Source: Gnetum montanum
Lineage: Eukaryota; Plantae; Gnetophyta
DNA length: 64,000 nt
Assembly: GCA_015680685.1 (NCBI GenBank)
Contig: MNCI01001360.1
Coordinates: forward strand, 140,240 to 204,239
Direction: 5' to 3'
Below the pieces are notes generated by a model, which did not search any database, was not told the DNA's origin, and saw only the letters and a list, made by a program, of their open reading frames with translations. Numbering within the stretch: position 1 is the stretch's first letter; the number at the start of each line of letters is the position of its first letter. The position numbers and the translations under genes are program-made. Shown here piece by piece: positions 13,101-24,193 of this stretch.

Positions 13101-14269
13101 TTCCCCCATGCCACACGCGAGAACGCCTGGCAGACAGGCTCACACGGGAATGATTGGAGAAAGAACGTCAACAGCTTGCCTTAGGACCCCCCAAGCCTAC
13201 TCCATTAAGCACAGTACCCATGGCATCACCTACTAATGAACCGAACACGAGCTATAAGGGAGAATCATCTGGAATACATGATGCATCCAAATTGACAATT
13301 ACAGAAGAAAACATCAAGCCAGCTACACATGAGATAAAATTGCTGGGCCCGATGGACCAAGTAACCATTAACAAGCATATACCTAATAGTAAAGATCTGG
13401 CAATAGCCCTAACGCAAGTTATGCAGGCACTTAAATAGAAAAACACTTCATTAAGTCTATATGACCTGATGTTAACTTCTCAAACTCATCGTGAAGCCCT
13501 AGTACGTATGTTGACATCAATCCCAGTAAGTGAAGACTTACCTCCGAATGAACTTTCAATTCATGCGGTAATGTATTCGCCTCGAGGATCGACTTCTCAA
13601 TCACTAGGCTTCCACACTAACAACATNNNNNNNNNNNNNNNNNNNNNNNNNNNNNNNNNNNNNNNNNNNNNNNNNNNNNNNNNNNNNNNNNNNNNNNNNN
13701 NNNNNNNNNNNNNNNNNNNNNNNNNNNNNNNNNNNNNNNNNNNNNNNNNNNNNNNNNNNNNNNNNNNNNNNNGAAGACCCTGGTTGGCCCAACTCAAAGC
13801 AGTCTCTTCCCCCATACACCAAGATATTCACCTGCCTTATGAAGGTGGTGAAATCATTATACACGGGGAGACTGCTACACCTACCATCTCGTCACATACA
13901 AATACAAACCAAGGCTCGGAAGTTAAGTTTGAAGAACCTAAACAAGATGAGACAAAGCAAAAACAAAGTTGCACGCGACCAATAGACAATGATCCATCAG
14001 ACATAAATCAAACTTTACCCAACATAGAAACACCTGGACTTGAAACTTTACATACACCGCCTAACCTAGAAACTACACCAAACATCAAAACTACTGTACA
14101 TACCAAAACACTAGAAGACACCAACATAGAGCCTATTCCATTATACATCCTTTGGGCTGAATTACTGTTCAATGTGATCAGTGAAGGGGATGCTGAGTAC
14201 AGAATCACACCTATCAGCGTCACTCATAACATTAAATTAAGAAAAATCAAAAAATTACTAAACCACTAA
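10175..14269 (+). pseudogene. gag: Element B gag-protease (stops, frameshifts, N gap in protease)
   Basis: Retrotransposon gag core (TKYNGETDPNTHL..LTGRALDWY). Knuckle CDYHQRNGHGTDYC. Protease C-terminus RPWLAQLKAVSSPIHQ, homologous to element A protease. Confidence 0.9.
13627..13771. other. Assembly gap (N run)
   Basis: Run of N. Confidence 0.99.
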
Positions 14270-14280
14270 ACTACATTCCT

Positions 14281-14528
14281 CGTCCGAAATGACGCTAAAC
14301 TACCACATGTCTGCAACAACACAAAACTAGCCATGGCCAGAAATGGCTGGTTTACCAAGGAACCCACCAATATCACTTGAAGCTTCTCTTGTTTACATAT
14401 GGCCTGAAATGGCCTTAAACTAGTACATGGGGCCCAGAATGGCTTTAAACTAGAACATCAAGACTACAGTCAGTCATGACATTAAATTGACACACATGTG
14501 CCCATGGCCCAAAATGGCCCTAAACTAG
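14281..14528 (+). repeat. Cluster of ~5 stem-loop + TAAACT motifs just after the protease ORF
   Basis: cgtc cgaaat gacg c taaact (14281); ggcc tgaaat ggcc t taaact (14401); ggcc caaaat ggcc c taaact (14506). Confidence 0.8.
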
Positions 14529-15070
14529 AGCATTTTCTTACATTTCTTTTCTCTCAATTCAAGTTTACAGTTTGAATTTATGCTTACCCTGTTGCATTGT
14601 TGCGTGATCAGCCACAGTTTTCCTTCATATTCCCCTTTTTACATGATTATGCTCCTACTTCTGTTCCTACTTCATGCATTACACTTAAACAACAAAATGA
14701 ACAAAAACATTTTACATTGCTGCATCGTGTTTACATTCAAGCCCAAAAGATCTTCACTTTAAATTTATGCTTATTAGTGTTCAAACAAACTTAAGATTCA
14801 AACAAAAAAAATGAATAACAGAAAACTCAATCAAAAAATAGTATAAATGTATCAACATCAAATTACAACTTAGTGCAATGTCCCCACACGATACATAGAT
14901 CGCATACATAATCATTTTAACAACAAAAAATAAAAAAACTATATCCCTATACAAATAGATAATTACAATAGTTAACCAGTTCCATCCATTAGTTCATATA
15001 TAATCCAAAGCAAAACATTCTGCTTGTGACTCATGTAAAAACATGAGCGATGATAATACCAAGTTGAAAA

Positions 15071-18000
15071 CTAAGCATCAGGGTCAGGAGGGGTGTCCCC
15101 CTCAGACTCCTCGGCACCATGGGTCCCCGCTCCGCTGGGGCCACCTTCTTGGCCATCATCATTGCCTTGACCCTATGAAAAGGTGAAAGAAAATAATTAA
15201 CACAAAAAGAACAGAGAAGAATTCCAAAATTTATTTAATAAACAAAATTCACAAGTTTAAACGACTTACTAAATAAGATCCCCCTAGACCGAATTCCAAC
15301 CAACGAAGGATTTCTTCCTTAGAGATACTTGCCCAGTCAGTCCCATCAAGGCCCAGATCAATGTTGGCCAAAGCCTTCCCTTTGTCCACCGTGGACCAAG
15401 TGGGACGTTTCAGAGGAAACTCGCCCACAGAAACCTCCCCAGAAGCTGTGGTGATTACCCTCTTGGGTGATTCCATCTCCACCACAGTATTCTTAGCAAA
15501 TGCATCAAATGAAGAGCGTAGGCCTAAACCCTCAACAAACATCTCTAGCTGACGCTTCTCTATAGATACCTCCTTTAACGATTTTTTATAATGATACTTA
15601 TGGGTCTTTTCATCTTGATCCCATTTTTGCACCTTAGAAGCGAAAGCCTTCCAATCCTAACATTTGAGGTTCAATAAATCTATTTGTGCCTTACGTTCTG
15701 CTAGCTCCTAAGTCATTGATACTTGGCGATTCAATAAATTCCAATATCTGTTATAAGTAATCTTGGAAGTTCTCCAAGAACGATCACCTATTAGCCTTGC
15801 CGAGGAAACCTCATAGCATGATTTGAGATCATCGCGTTCTACTGATAGCTTGGAAATCTCTTTTTCTCCCACTTGAATCTACAACCATAGCCTCTCGATG
15901 GAGCACCTATAGGTCAAAAGAGACTTAGCGTTCTGTACAACACATTCTGCCACTTCATCATAGATCTGTCGGGGTACTTGCTCAATCTCTAGAGGTAGCG
16001 CAAGAAAACTATCAATACCAGTGGCCTCAAATGAATCCCATTTCAGTTTAGCCCCTACTCATGTGAGGAGAACATACATTAGATGTTGGACAGTAGCAAC
16101 AGATGCAAAAAAATAGAAGGATGCGAAACACTTAAGATGTATGCACCTATTTCAGGAGTAGCTTGTTGGATGCGGTCAACTACCTCACCAACGATACCAG
16201 TTATAAAATCCATTTTACTCGACATTTTGATCCAAGTAAATGGTTCATGTGTAGGAGACAGGTTAACTTCGGTGGTCGTGTCTGTGGGAGCCTTCATCAT
16301 AGGGACTTCTAAACGAATGTTAGGAACCATCCTAGTCTCAACATTTTCGCCTAGTAGCTGCAAAAAAACTTAAAATTAAAACTTTGAATAATGAGAAGCA
16401 CAATTCAAAAGGCAAATAAACATAATATGGCGAATATACCGAAATCTCTTTCTTCCTCCCAATTCGGAGGATTGCCAAGGTCTAGCCTCCCTTCGAGGAA
16501 ATCATCAAACATCTCATTGACTCCATCCTGATCATCGATGTTACCCTCTTCTGTGGTATCTCCCTCCCGATCTTTCATTCCTCCTATCTCGTCTCTGCCC
16601 GTTTTGTCCTTCTCATTTAAATTTGTTGAGACCTCTTCCTCCCCGATGATCGGTGCTAACCTCTCTCTTCTTACTTCAAAAGTCAACTCTAGTGACATTC
16701 ATAGGTTCAACATTAGTTTTATATAAACAGCCAAAAAGTAAAAATAACGATGGTGACAATAAAACAAGGAAAAATCAACGAATCAAGCTTACCCTGTACA
16801 GGCATCTTAAATCGTATACATTTTACCCTTGGTTCATCTGTAGTTAGAGCAACCTCTCTAGGACGTTCACGCTTTTGAACTTTCGATTTTGCTTTCCCGA
16901 TCGTTTCCATGATCACCCGATCAGCTCTCCTAGCAGTATAGGGCACACTATTTGGTTCCAATCCTATGCTGTCATGTATGAATTGAATGACCAGATGACA
17001 CCTCCGTTGTGACAGAAACCAATTCTTCAATTCCCTCGAGAGCATCTTGAGATTTGGCCACCTCAAATAAGTGGCGAATCCATGGGTGAGATAGTTGGTC
17101 GCAATCCCTTAACACGTACTTGTTATCCACGTGAACAACTAAAAATTAAGCTAGTCGGAGCAAGTGACTGGCAAAGAATGCAAAGGTGAAATGGGATTGC
17201 ACCTCAATGTTTGAATGTAACCTCACTATCTCCCTGTGGAAACCTATAAGTAAAAACTCGACCCAATTATAACATTCCCCAGTCTCCAGAATCGTGCGCA
17301 TGATACGCACAGGTTCCACCCTAGAAGTCTTTACTTGAGACAGGGATTTGAGAAACGCCCGCGCTCGGAATAAGGGATACAACTCATTAACTTCAGCTAC
17401 TTTTGATTTTCCCTGCATGGGGAATCCCTTAGCACCTTTAAGAATGCCCAACCAGTCCTCCAACTCACACACAACATGGAGCTCTTTCTGCACTCTATCC
17501 AAAATCACTTTAGTCCCAGCTACTGGTATACCAAAGAAGTCTGAGAAGAACTCCACCAACAGATGAAAAACCACTTTGACATCCTTGATGCGAGTGCTAT
17601 ACCAGGTGATAGATTCGTCGAAAGAATTAATGATTCCAATCATCTCCATCACAAAAACATCAGGAGTCAGAGCAGTAAACAAATCCATGAGGCCCACATC
17701 ACTCAAACAACTGATGATATGTGGTGATGCCTTAGTACGTAACCATCGTTGTGCATCACTAATTTTCCCGAATTTCATAGACAAAGTGCTCTCAGTCTGC
17801 CCAGTTGTGATAGTGGCTCCACCAGGGGGGACATCCACTGTACGCACAAGATAACACCATGGAGTCAATATAACCAATGATGTAGCAAAACAAACAAACT
17901 GGGATGTCAAAAATACCATTACTTATCGTCAATCAATAGATTCAGATCGCTAGAAGCCAAATCGGCATCGCGTGAAAAAGCTGGCCCATTATGAGACCAA

Positions 18001-18723
18001 TCCCTATGCAACCACCTCCTAGCCTTGCATTGTGCAAGTGCCCTCGAGTACTGTTTATGAAAATGAACAATATCACCCTTAGTCTGGGCCAACACGGCAC
18101 CACGGAGAGTGGGGCCCACCATGAAAGCCTCTAAGGTGGTATGAGCCAAAGAGAGTCCATCATCACCTACGCACACTCCTTCTTTATTGAATTGAGGCCT
18201 GCAAAGAGATGGCGATCAAAATATAAACCACTACTAAGCAGCAAGGTAAAAATGGTAAATTGAACAACCTTACCTTCCTACTCGGTACACAGTTTCAGGA
18301 GGGTTCTGGAACAAAGTATGCACACGAGCAGCTAGGAATAGGGTGTTATTGATATGGTGAAGGCCATCTGACAATAAGTCCCATACACGTGACAATGGAT
18401 GGGTAGATCTAGGTCCTCCAGAAGGATCTTCCTCAATTGTGAGTGGTCCCTCATCAATGCCAACCATGAAAGCTGTTACGCTGTTTGAGGATCCTGGTAA
18501 CATGGTCTCAAGCACGCTCCATGCTAACTGTTCACTTAAGTGGGACCATATTACCATGCTGAATCTCTCTAGCATGAAGAGAAGAAACTCGCTAACACCC
18601 GTTCTGAACCATACCCCATTTTGACTAACGATCATATCAGGAGCAGGTTCGTCAAAATCAATGGGCCCAAACCACGCCAAAACCCCGACAAGCTCCACCA
18701 CTAGGAGGAAAGGCTTGGAATTC
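15071..18723 (-). pseudogene. Antisense multi-exon accessory gene inside element B (PMD/plant-transposon-protein-like middle, acidic linker, coiled-coil C-terminus); now carrying premature stops
   Basis: Minus ORFs 18270-18701, 17919-18176, 17146-17919, 16719-17066, 16405-16698, 16079-16363 and 15249-15632 are separated by short T-rich GT-AG introns. Introns 18273-18199, 16792-16689, 16146-16055 and 15269-15173 join in frame. Last exon reads GQGNDDGQEGG..PDPDA* with TAG at 15073-15071. Domain similarity is by eye only. Confidence 0.75.
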
Positions 18724-19813
18724 CTACAAGTGTTTCAAAACCACGGCAAATCAGCTATACAAGAAAATGAAATAATAAAATAAAGTCTCACCCTAGCGGC
18801 CAACACTTGGAAAGAAACTACTGTTCTCTTCATGCCCAACGTGCAAACCTTGCACGCTGCAAATCCCAGCGTGCAAACCCCACACGCTACAACGTGGACA
18901 CACAAACCCCACAAGCCGAGCATGTTCTTCAAGCTATGAAAACATTTACGCTATAAAAACTATTACGCTACACAATGGGACAAACCAACAGGAACAGTAG
19001 GCGAAAACACAAATTTTGACGAAGGGTCAGAGCCTACCTGCACGTAGATCTAGACCATGATGAAATCCTAGGTCTAGGCGAACACTAGAACATTGCTTCA
19101 CTCTCTTCGGCAAAGGTCAAGCTAGGCTCCTTCCTCTCCTGGCCTTCTACTTGCTTACCCTTTCCCATCGCTACTTACATGCTGCACGCTGAGTTCATGT
19201 TACGTCTCGCATGCCGGGGTTTCGACCCTGCACGCTATGTTCACACTGCGTCTCGCACACTGGGGTTTCAACCCTGCACGCTATGTTCACGTTGCATCTC
19301 ACACGCCAAGGTTTCGACCATGCATGCTAAATTCACGTCGAACCCTAAACCTCGCGGAACTTAGAAAACTAATAAATCCTAAACAAATGAGCAAGAATCA
19401 GGACAGCAAGACCCAATTAACAGAATAGAAAATAATGAAAAATAGAACAGGGGTACAACAAAAACCAGAGGAACTCTCTCAGTAATGGACATCATAAAGA
19501 AAGAATATAGTGAGCTAGGCTCATGCTAGGGCTTCAACCTTTCACACTGGGGTTTGAACCCTTACCCTCATGTTCATGCTACATGTCCATGTTGCACATT
19601 CACGCTGAAGGTCTCACTGAATCCTTCCACCCGACTCGCCGCACCACGATCTACGTCGCCCTTGTCGCCACCGCTGTGTCGTACCTATGCCTACCCCTGC
19701 CTATGCTACCTGATATTCACCCCGGTATATGCTGCACAATAGGTTCACGCTTGAGCTTTGGGGGTTCAGGCTCAAACTTTGTCGCTGGCTACCCCACGAT
19801 TCACGCTAACTCC

Positions 19814-19821
19814 TATTTATA
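19814..19821 (-). promoter_or_regulatory. Putative TATA box (TATAAATA) of the antisense gene
   Basis: GTGTATAAATAGG on the minus strand, upstream of GC-rich exon-like blocks ending in GTAAG donors (~19565, ~19178). Confidence 0.5.
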
Positions 19822-20124
19822 CACTCCGCGTTAAACACGCTGAGGGTGCCTTGAAATAATTTATTCAATTAATTTAAAAATTAACCAAAATACAAACTAC
19901 GTGTAAATACATATGAACAAAGTAGAAGCAAAGATAAAGAACAAAACAAAAGCAAATACAATGATATACTGAGATGAACATTACCCACATGCAATATTCT
20001 CTTGCGAAGCAACTCCTGTTGCCCACACTAAACATTTTAACGTAAACTCCTCATCTGGCAGTCTCACACTCAATAACGATTACAAATCATACAATCAACC
20101 AGACATCATGAACAAATAGTTATT

Positions 20125-20265
20125 GGCCCGGTAAGGCCTTAAACTGCCGCAATCGGCCCGGTAAGGCCTTAAACTGCCGCAATCGGGCCGGTAAGACCTT
20201 AAACTGCAGCAATCAGCCCGGTAAGGCCTTAAACTGCTGCAACCGGCCCGGTAAGGCCCTAAACT
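20125..20265 (+). repeat. 30-bp tandem repeat x5 (GGCCCGGTAAGGCCTTAAACTGCCGCAATC)
   Basis: Near-identical units, each a ggcc-N6-ggcc-N-TAAACT motif. Confidence 0.95.
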
Positions 20266-20396
20266 ACCATGCATCCAAATACAACGTTAAATTACCATCG
20301 CATACCTTAGTCCATTTTAGATGCATAAACGCATAAATTACTTACATCCGAAAATAACCAACCACCTGATTGACACTGCTAACTATTTATTGGCAG

Positions 20397-23300
20397 GAGC
20401 AAACATCATGGATAGCAAGCAATTATTCTTACCACTGTCTATCAATGGACCGCACAGAATAATCGCACAAGAAATCAACATGGAGTCTATTGACTTAGGC
20501 TCAACAACTCAAAATAGTCTAGCATTTGTGGCATCAACTCAACGAATGCTAGACTATTGACTTTTGTGGCATCAACTCAACGAATGCTAGACTATTTTGA
20601 AACGATGACCAAGACTCTCGACCTAGCAACTGATAGCATCACCGAAGACCCCTTGGCTGAAGTCCCCATTACTGTGCCAAATGGCGAAGTTAAAATCCTG
20701 AAACTAAGTACATTGTTAAGCCCGCAACTGGCCAATGACATAGCACAAGTGCTTAAAGACAACATAAAAGCATTCACTTGGTCTTACACTGACATGCCTG
20801 GGTTAGACCCTTGAATAGTTTAGCATAACATTATACTCGATCCAAGATTAAGACCAATGAAACAAAAAGCACGTAAGGTTAAGCCTGAGGTAGCGTTGGC
20901 AGTCTGCAATGAAATCACCAAACTTTATCAGGCTGGTTTCATTCAGGCTATTGACTATGCTGACTGGGTATCCAACATGGTCATTGTCCCAAAGAAGAAC
21001 GGAAGCATTCGCCTATGCATTGACTTCTGGGACCTCAATGTTGCAACCATAAAAGATGATTTCCCCCTACCTAGCATTGATCAACTAGTTGACTCAACCA
21101 CTGGTCATGCCTTGTTATCTTTTATGGATGGCTTTTCAGGATATAATCAGATTCGGATTAACCTTGAACATCAACTTACGACAACCTTCATGACACCATG
21201 GGGTACTTTTTGCTACACAATGATGCCATTCGGTCTCAAGAATGCCGGTGCTACATACCAAAGAGTGATGAAATTTATCTTTAGTGATTATATCTTCAAC
21301 TCGCTCAATGACTATGTGGATGATATCGTGGTTAAATCAAAGACATCAGAACAACACGTACAAGATCTTGACTTGGTACTAAAGAATTGTTTAAAATATG
21401 AGTTCAGACTTAACCCAAAGAAATGTGTCTTTGGGGTCAAAATAGGAAAAATGCTTGGATTCATAGCCTCCAAAGCAGGGATACAAGTAGACCCCGATAA
21501 AGTTAAGGCCATAACAAACTTGAAACCACCAAGCAACCTTACCGAGCTCCGAGGTCTACAAGGTAGATTACAGTCCATCAGGCGTTTCATAGAAAAACTG
21601 ATGAACAAGTTGAAACCTATGAACCACTTACTATGCAAGGACATCCATTTTGAATGGACTTCATAGTGCTAGGAAGCATTTAACAACATTAAAATAGCAC
21701 TGGCTTAGCTACCAATAGTCTATCTGCCTCAGAACAATAGTGCTCAGAGCCATCATAGGAAACATTTACAAGTCGAGTAGAATAGCTCATTGGAAAGCCA
21801 TGATAGCTGAGTTTGACCTACACTACATAGCACAATCATCAGTTAAGGGTCAAGCCATAACAAATCAGATGACTGCATCACCAACACACGATCAGGCAAC
21901 GATAGAGCCAAAGTTCCTTGATGAAAATGTGAGTGCAATAGACATAGTTCCCAATGACTATCATGTCATTTTGAACTTTGATGGAGCATCCACCTCTCGA
22001 GGGGGAAGTGCTGCTGCTGTCATCACCTATCCCTCCAGGGAGATCTGACCCATTGCTTATCGTTTCGACTTTCACTGTACCAACAATGTAGCAGAGTACG
22101 AAGGTCTCCTTAGAGGTCTCATGGCAGCACCAGCTTTACACATCACACGACTGGTAGTTAGAGGTGACTCACAATTAGTTCTAAATCAAGTCATAGACGT
22201 TTATGCGTGCAAAGCGTAACACTTACAACCATACTATGATTTGACTAAACACTTACAAAAGCGATTCAAAAATATAGATGTGCAACATGTTTCTAGAAAT
22301 GATAACACCATTGCAGATGCACTTGCCACGTTAGCTCTAAATATATCACTGAATATGTTCCACATGTTACCCAATTCTATAATCAGTTGTACTAAACCCA
22401 TAACTGATACTCCCGATGAATTACCAATCACATCCGTTAGTACAATGCAGGCCGTAGAATGGTATGATGACATAAAGGAGTACCTTTTACACGATGAACT
22501 GCCTCAACATCTGACGAATGCACAAAAGGATGTAGTACGAAAATGTTCTCGAAGGTATGCATTGGTAGGTGACACGTTGTGTCATCGATCCTACGAAGGC
22601 ATCTTGTTAACATGCGTTAGTAGCACTGATGGTCAAACCATCATCGAGCAAGTACATGACGGACCATGCGGAGGGCACATAGTGCCCAAAGCAATGGCAA
22701 CAAAAATAAGATGTTTGGGCTATTATTGGCCACACATGGAGTACGACTATTTCTCCAAGGTCAAAATGTGCAGTATCTATCAAAAACATAACAATTTGAT
22801 ACATGTTCCACCAAATGAGCTGCATACAATGCAAATCACCTGGACTTTCCAGAAGTGGGGATTGGACATTATCGGACCGATAACTCCCCCATCTTCTGTA
22901 GGACATAGCTTTATCATAACTGTGACAGAATATTTCACAAAATGGGTAGAAGCTATCCCCCTTAGAAAGACCACATCCAAACACATATGCAGCTTCATTC
23001 TAGAAAACATCGTGATCCATTTTGGCATTCCGATGACCATCATCACTGATAATAGGCCACAGTTCAGTAGTGCCGAAACTAGGACTTTCAGTGAGAGCCT
23101 AGGGATCAAACATTCATTTTCATCCCCTTACTACCCTCAAAGAAATGGACAATCCGAAGCTACAAATAAGATCATCATCACGGTGCTCAAAAAATGCTTA
23201 CTCAGAGCAAGAAAATATGGCATGAATAGTTAGTATACGCACTATGGGCTTATCGCACTATGCATCGAACTTCCATAGGTAAAACACCATATAGTCTTGT

Positions 23301-23697
23301 CTATGGTTTAGAAGCTATTTTACCTTTGGAGTTGTAGGTACCGTCTTTAAGGATCACACTCTTCAGACTCCTCGATGAGGGTCAAAACAATGACTTGCGC
23401 ATTGTTGACCTGGACTTGGTGGAGGAGGAATGCACACATGTGCTCGATCAGATCGAGTGGTATTAGAAACAACAATGACGACGCCATCAACATGACATTC
23501 ACAAGCACCCGATCAAAGAAGGCGACCTCGTACTTAAGGCAGTCTGTGAACATGCAGACAAGTTCGTAGCCAACTGGGAAGGACCCTACTTGGTCAGCAA
23601 AGCATACGACAATGGAGCATTTAAACTAGCTGACATGGAAGGGAATGAGCTTGCACACCCGACAAATCACTTGTACGTCAAACCATTTCACATATAA
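20397..23697 (+). pseudogene. pol: Element B pol: RT, mostly deleted RNase H, archaeal-type RNase H, integrase
   Basis: RT motifs SFMDGFSGYNQI, MPFGLKNAGATYQR and YVDD. aRH motifs NFDGAS, TNNVAEYEGL, GDSQLV and SRNDNTIADALA. Integrase motifs HDGPCGGH, WGLDIIGP, IITDN, YYPQRNGQSE and WEGPY. Several stops. Confidence 0.93.
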
Positions 23698-23715
23698 ACC
23701 TCTTAGGTATGTGCA

Positions 23716-24193
23716 TGTCCTAGAATCATGATGGTAAACTGATACCACAACACGTCCTAGAATCATGACAGTAAACTAATACCATAGCACATCCTGGAAT
23801 CATGAGTGTAAACTAATACCACAGCATGTCCTGGAATCATGACGGTAAACTGATACCACAACATGTCTTGGAATCATGACGGTAAACTAATACCATAGCA
23901 CATCCTGGAATAATGACAATAAACTGATACCATAGATTTGTCCTAGCTTCATGATGATAAACTGGCACCACAGATCGTCCGCAATGACAATAAACTATCA
24001 CCCGTCTGGTACGACATTAAACTGCCACAGTTTTGTTCGCCAGAGTCCGCTACGACTATAAACTGGTTTGCCTCTTCACAGTCTGCCAAGACTATAAACT
24101 AGCAGTGTACCATCCACTACGATGCTAAACTGGCACCATCCAATGGGTTATGACATAAAACTAATCCACGACAGTCCACCACGACTATAAACT
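23716..24193 (+). repeat. 3' UTR array: 37-bp tandem units followed by diverged stem-loop + TAAACT units
   Basis: GTCCTGGAATCATGACGGTAAACTGATACCACA-like units (~7 copies), then agtc cgctac gact a taaact, agtc tgccaa gact a taaact, catc cactac gatg c taaact, etc. Confidence 0.9.

Noticed and set aside
20525-20596. 38-bp duplication at the start of pol as a programmed frameshift
   Set aside because: Perfect tandem duplication that breaks the frame; simplest as a post-insertion mutation (similar cases at 57730-57785 and 52700-52960).
23716-24193. Hammerhead ribozyme array or Helitron 3' ends (hairpin + CTRR)
   Set aside because: No CTGATGA/GAAA core was seen. The hairpin is too short and too close to CTRR for Helitron termini.
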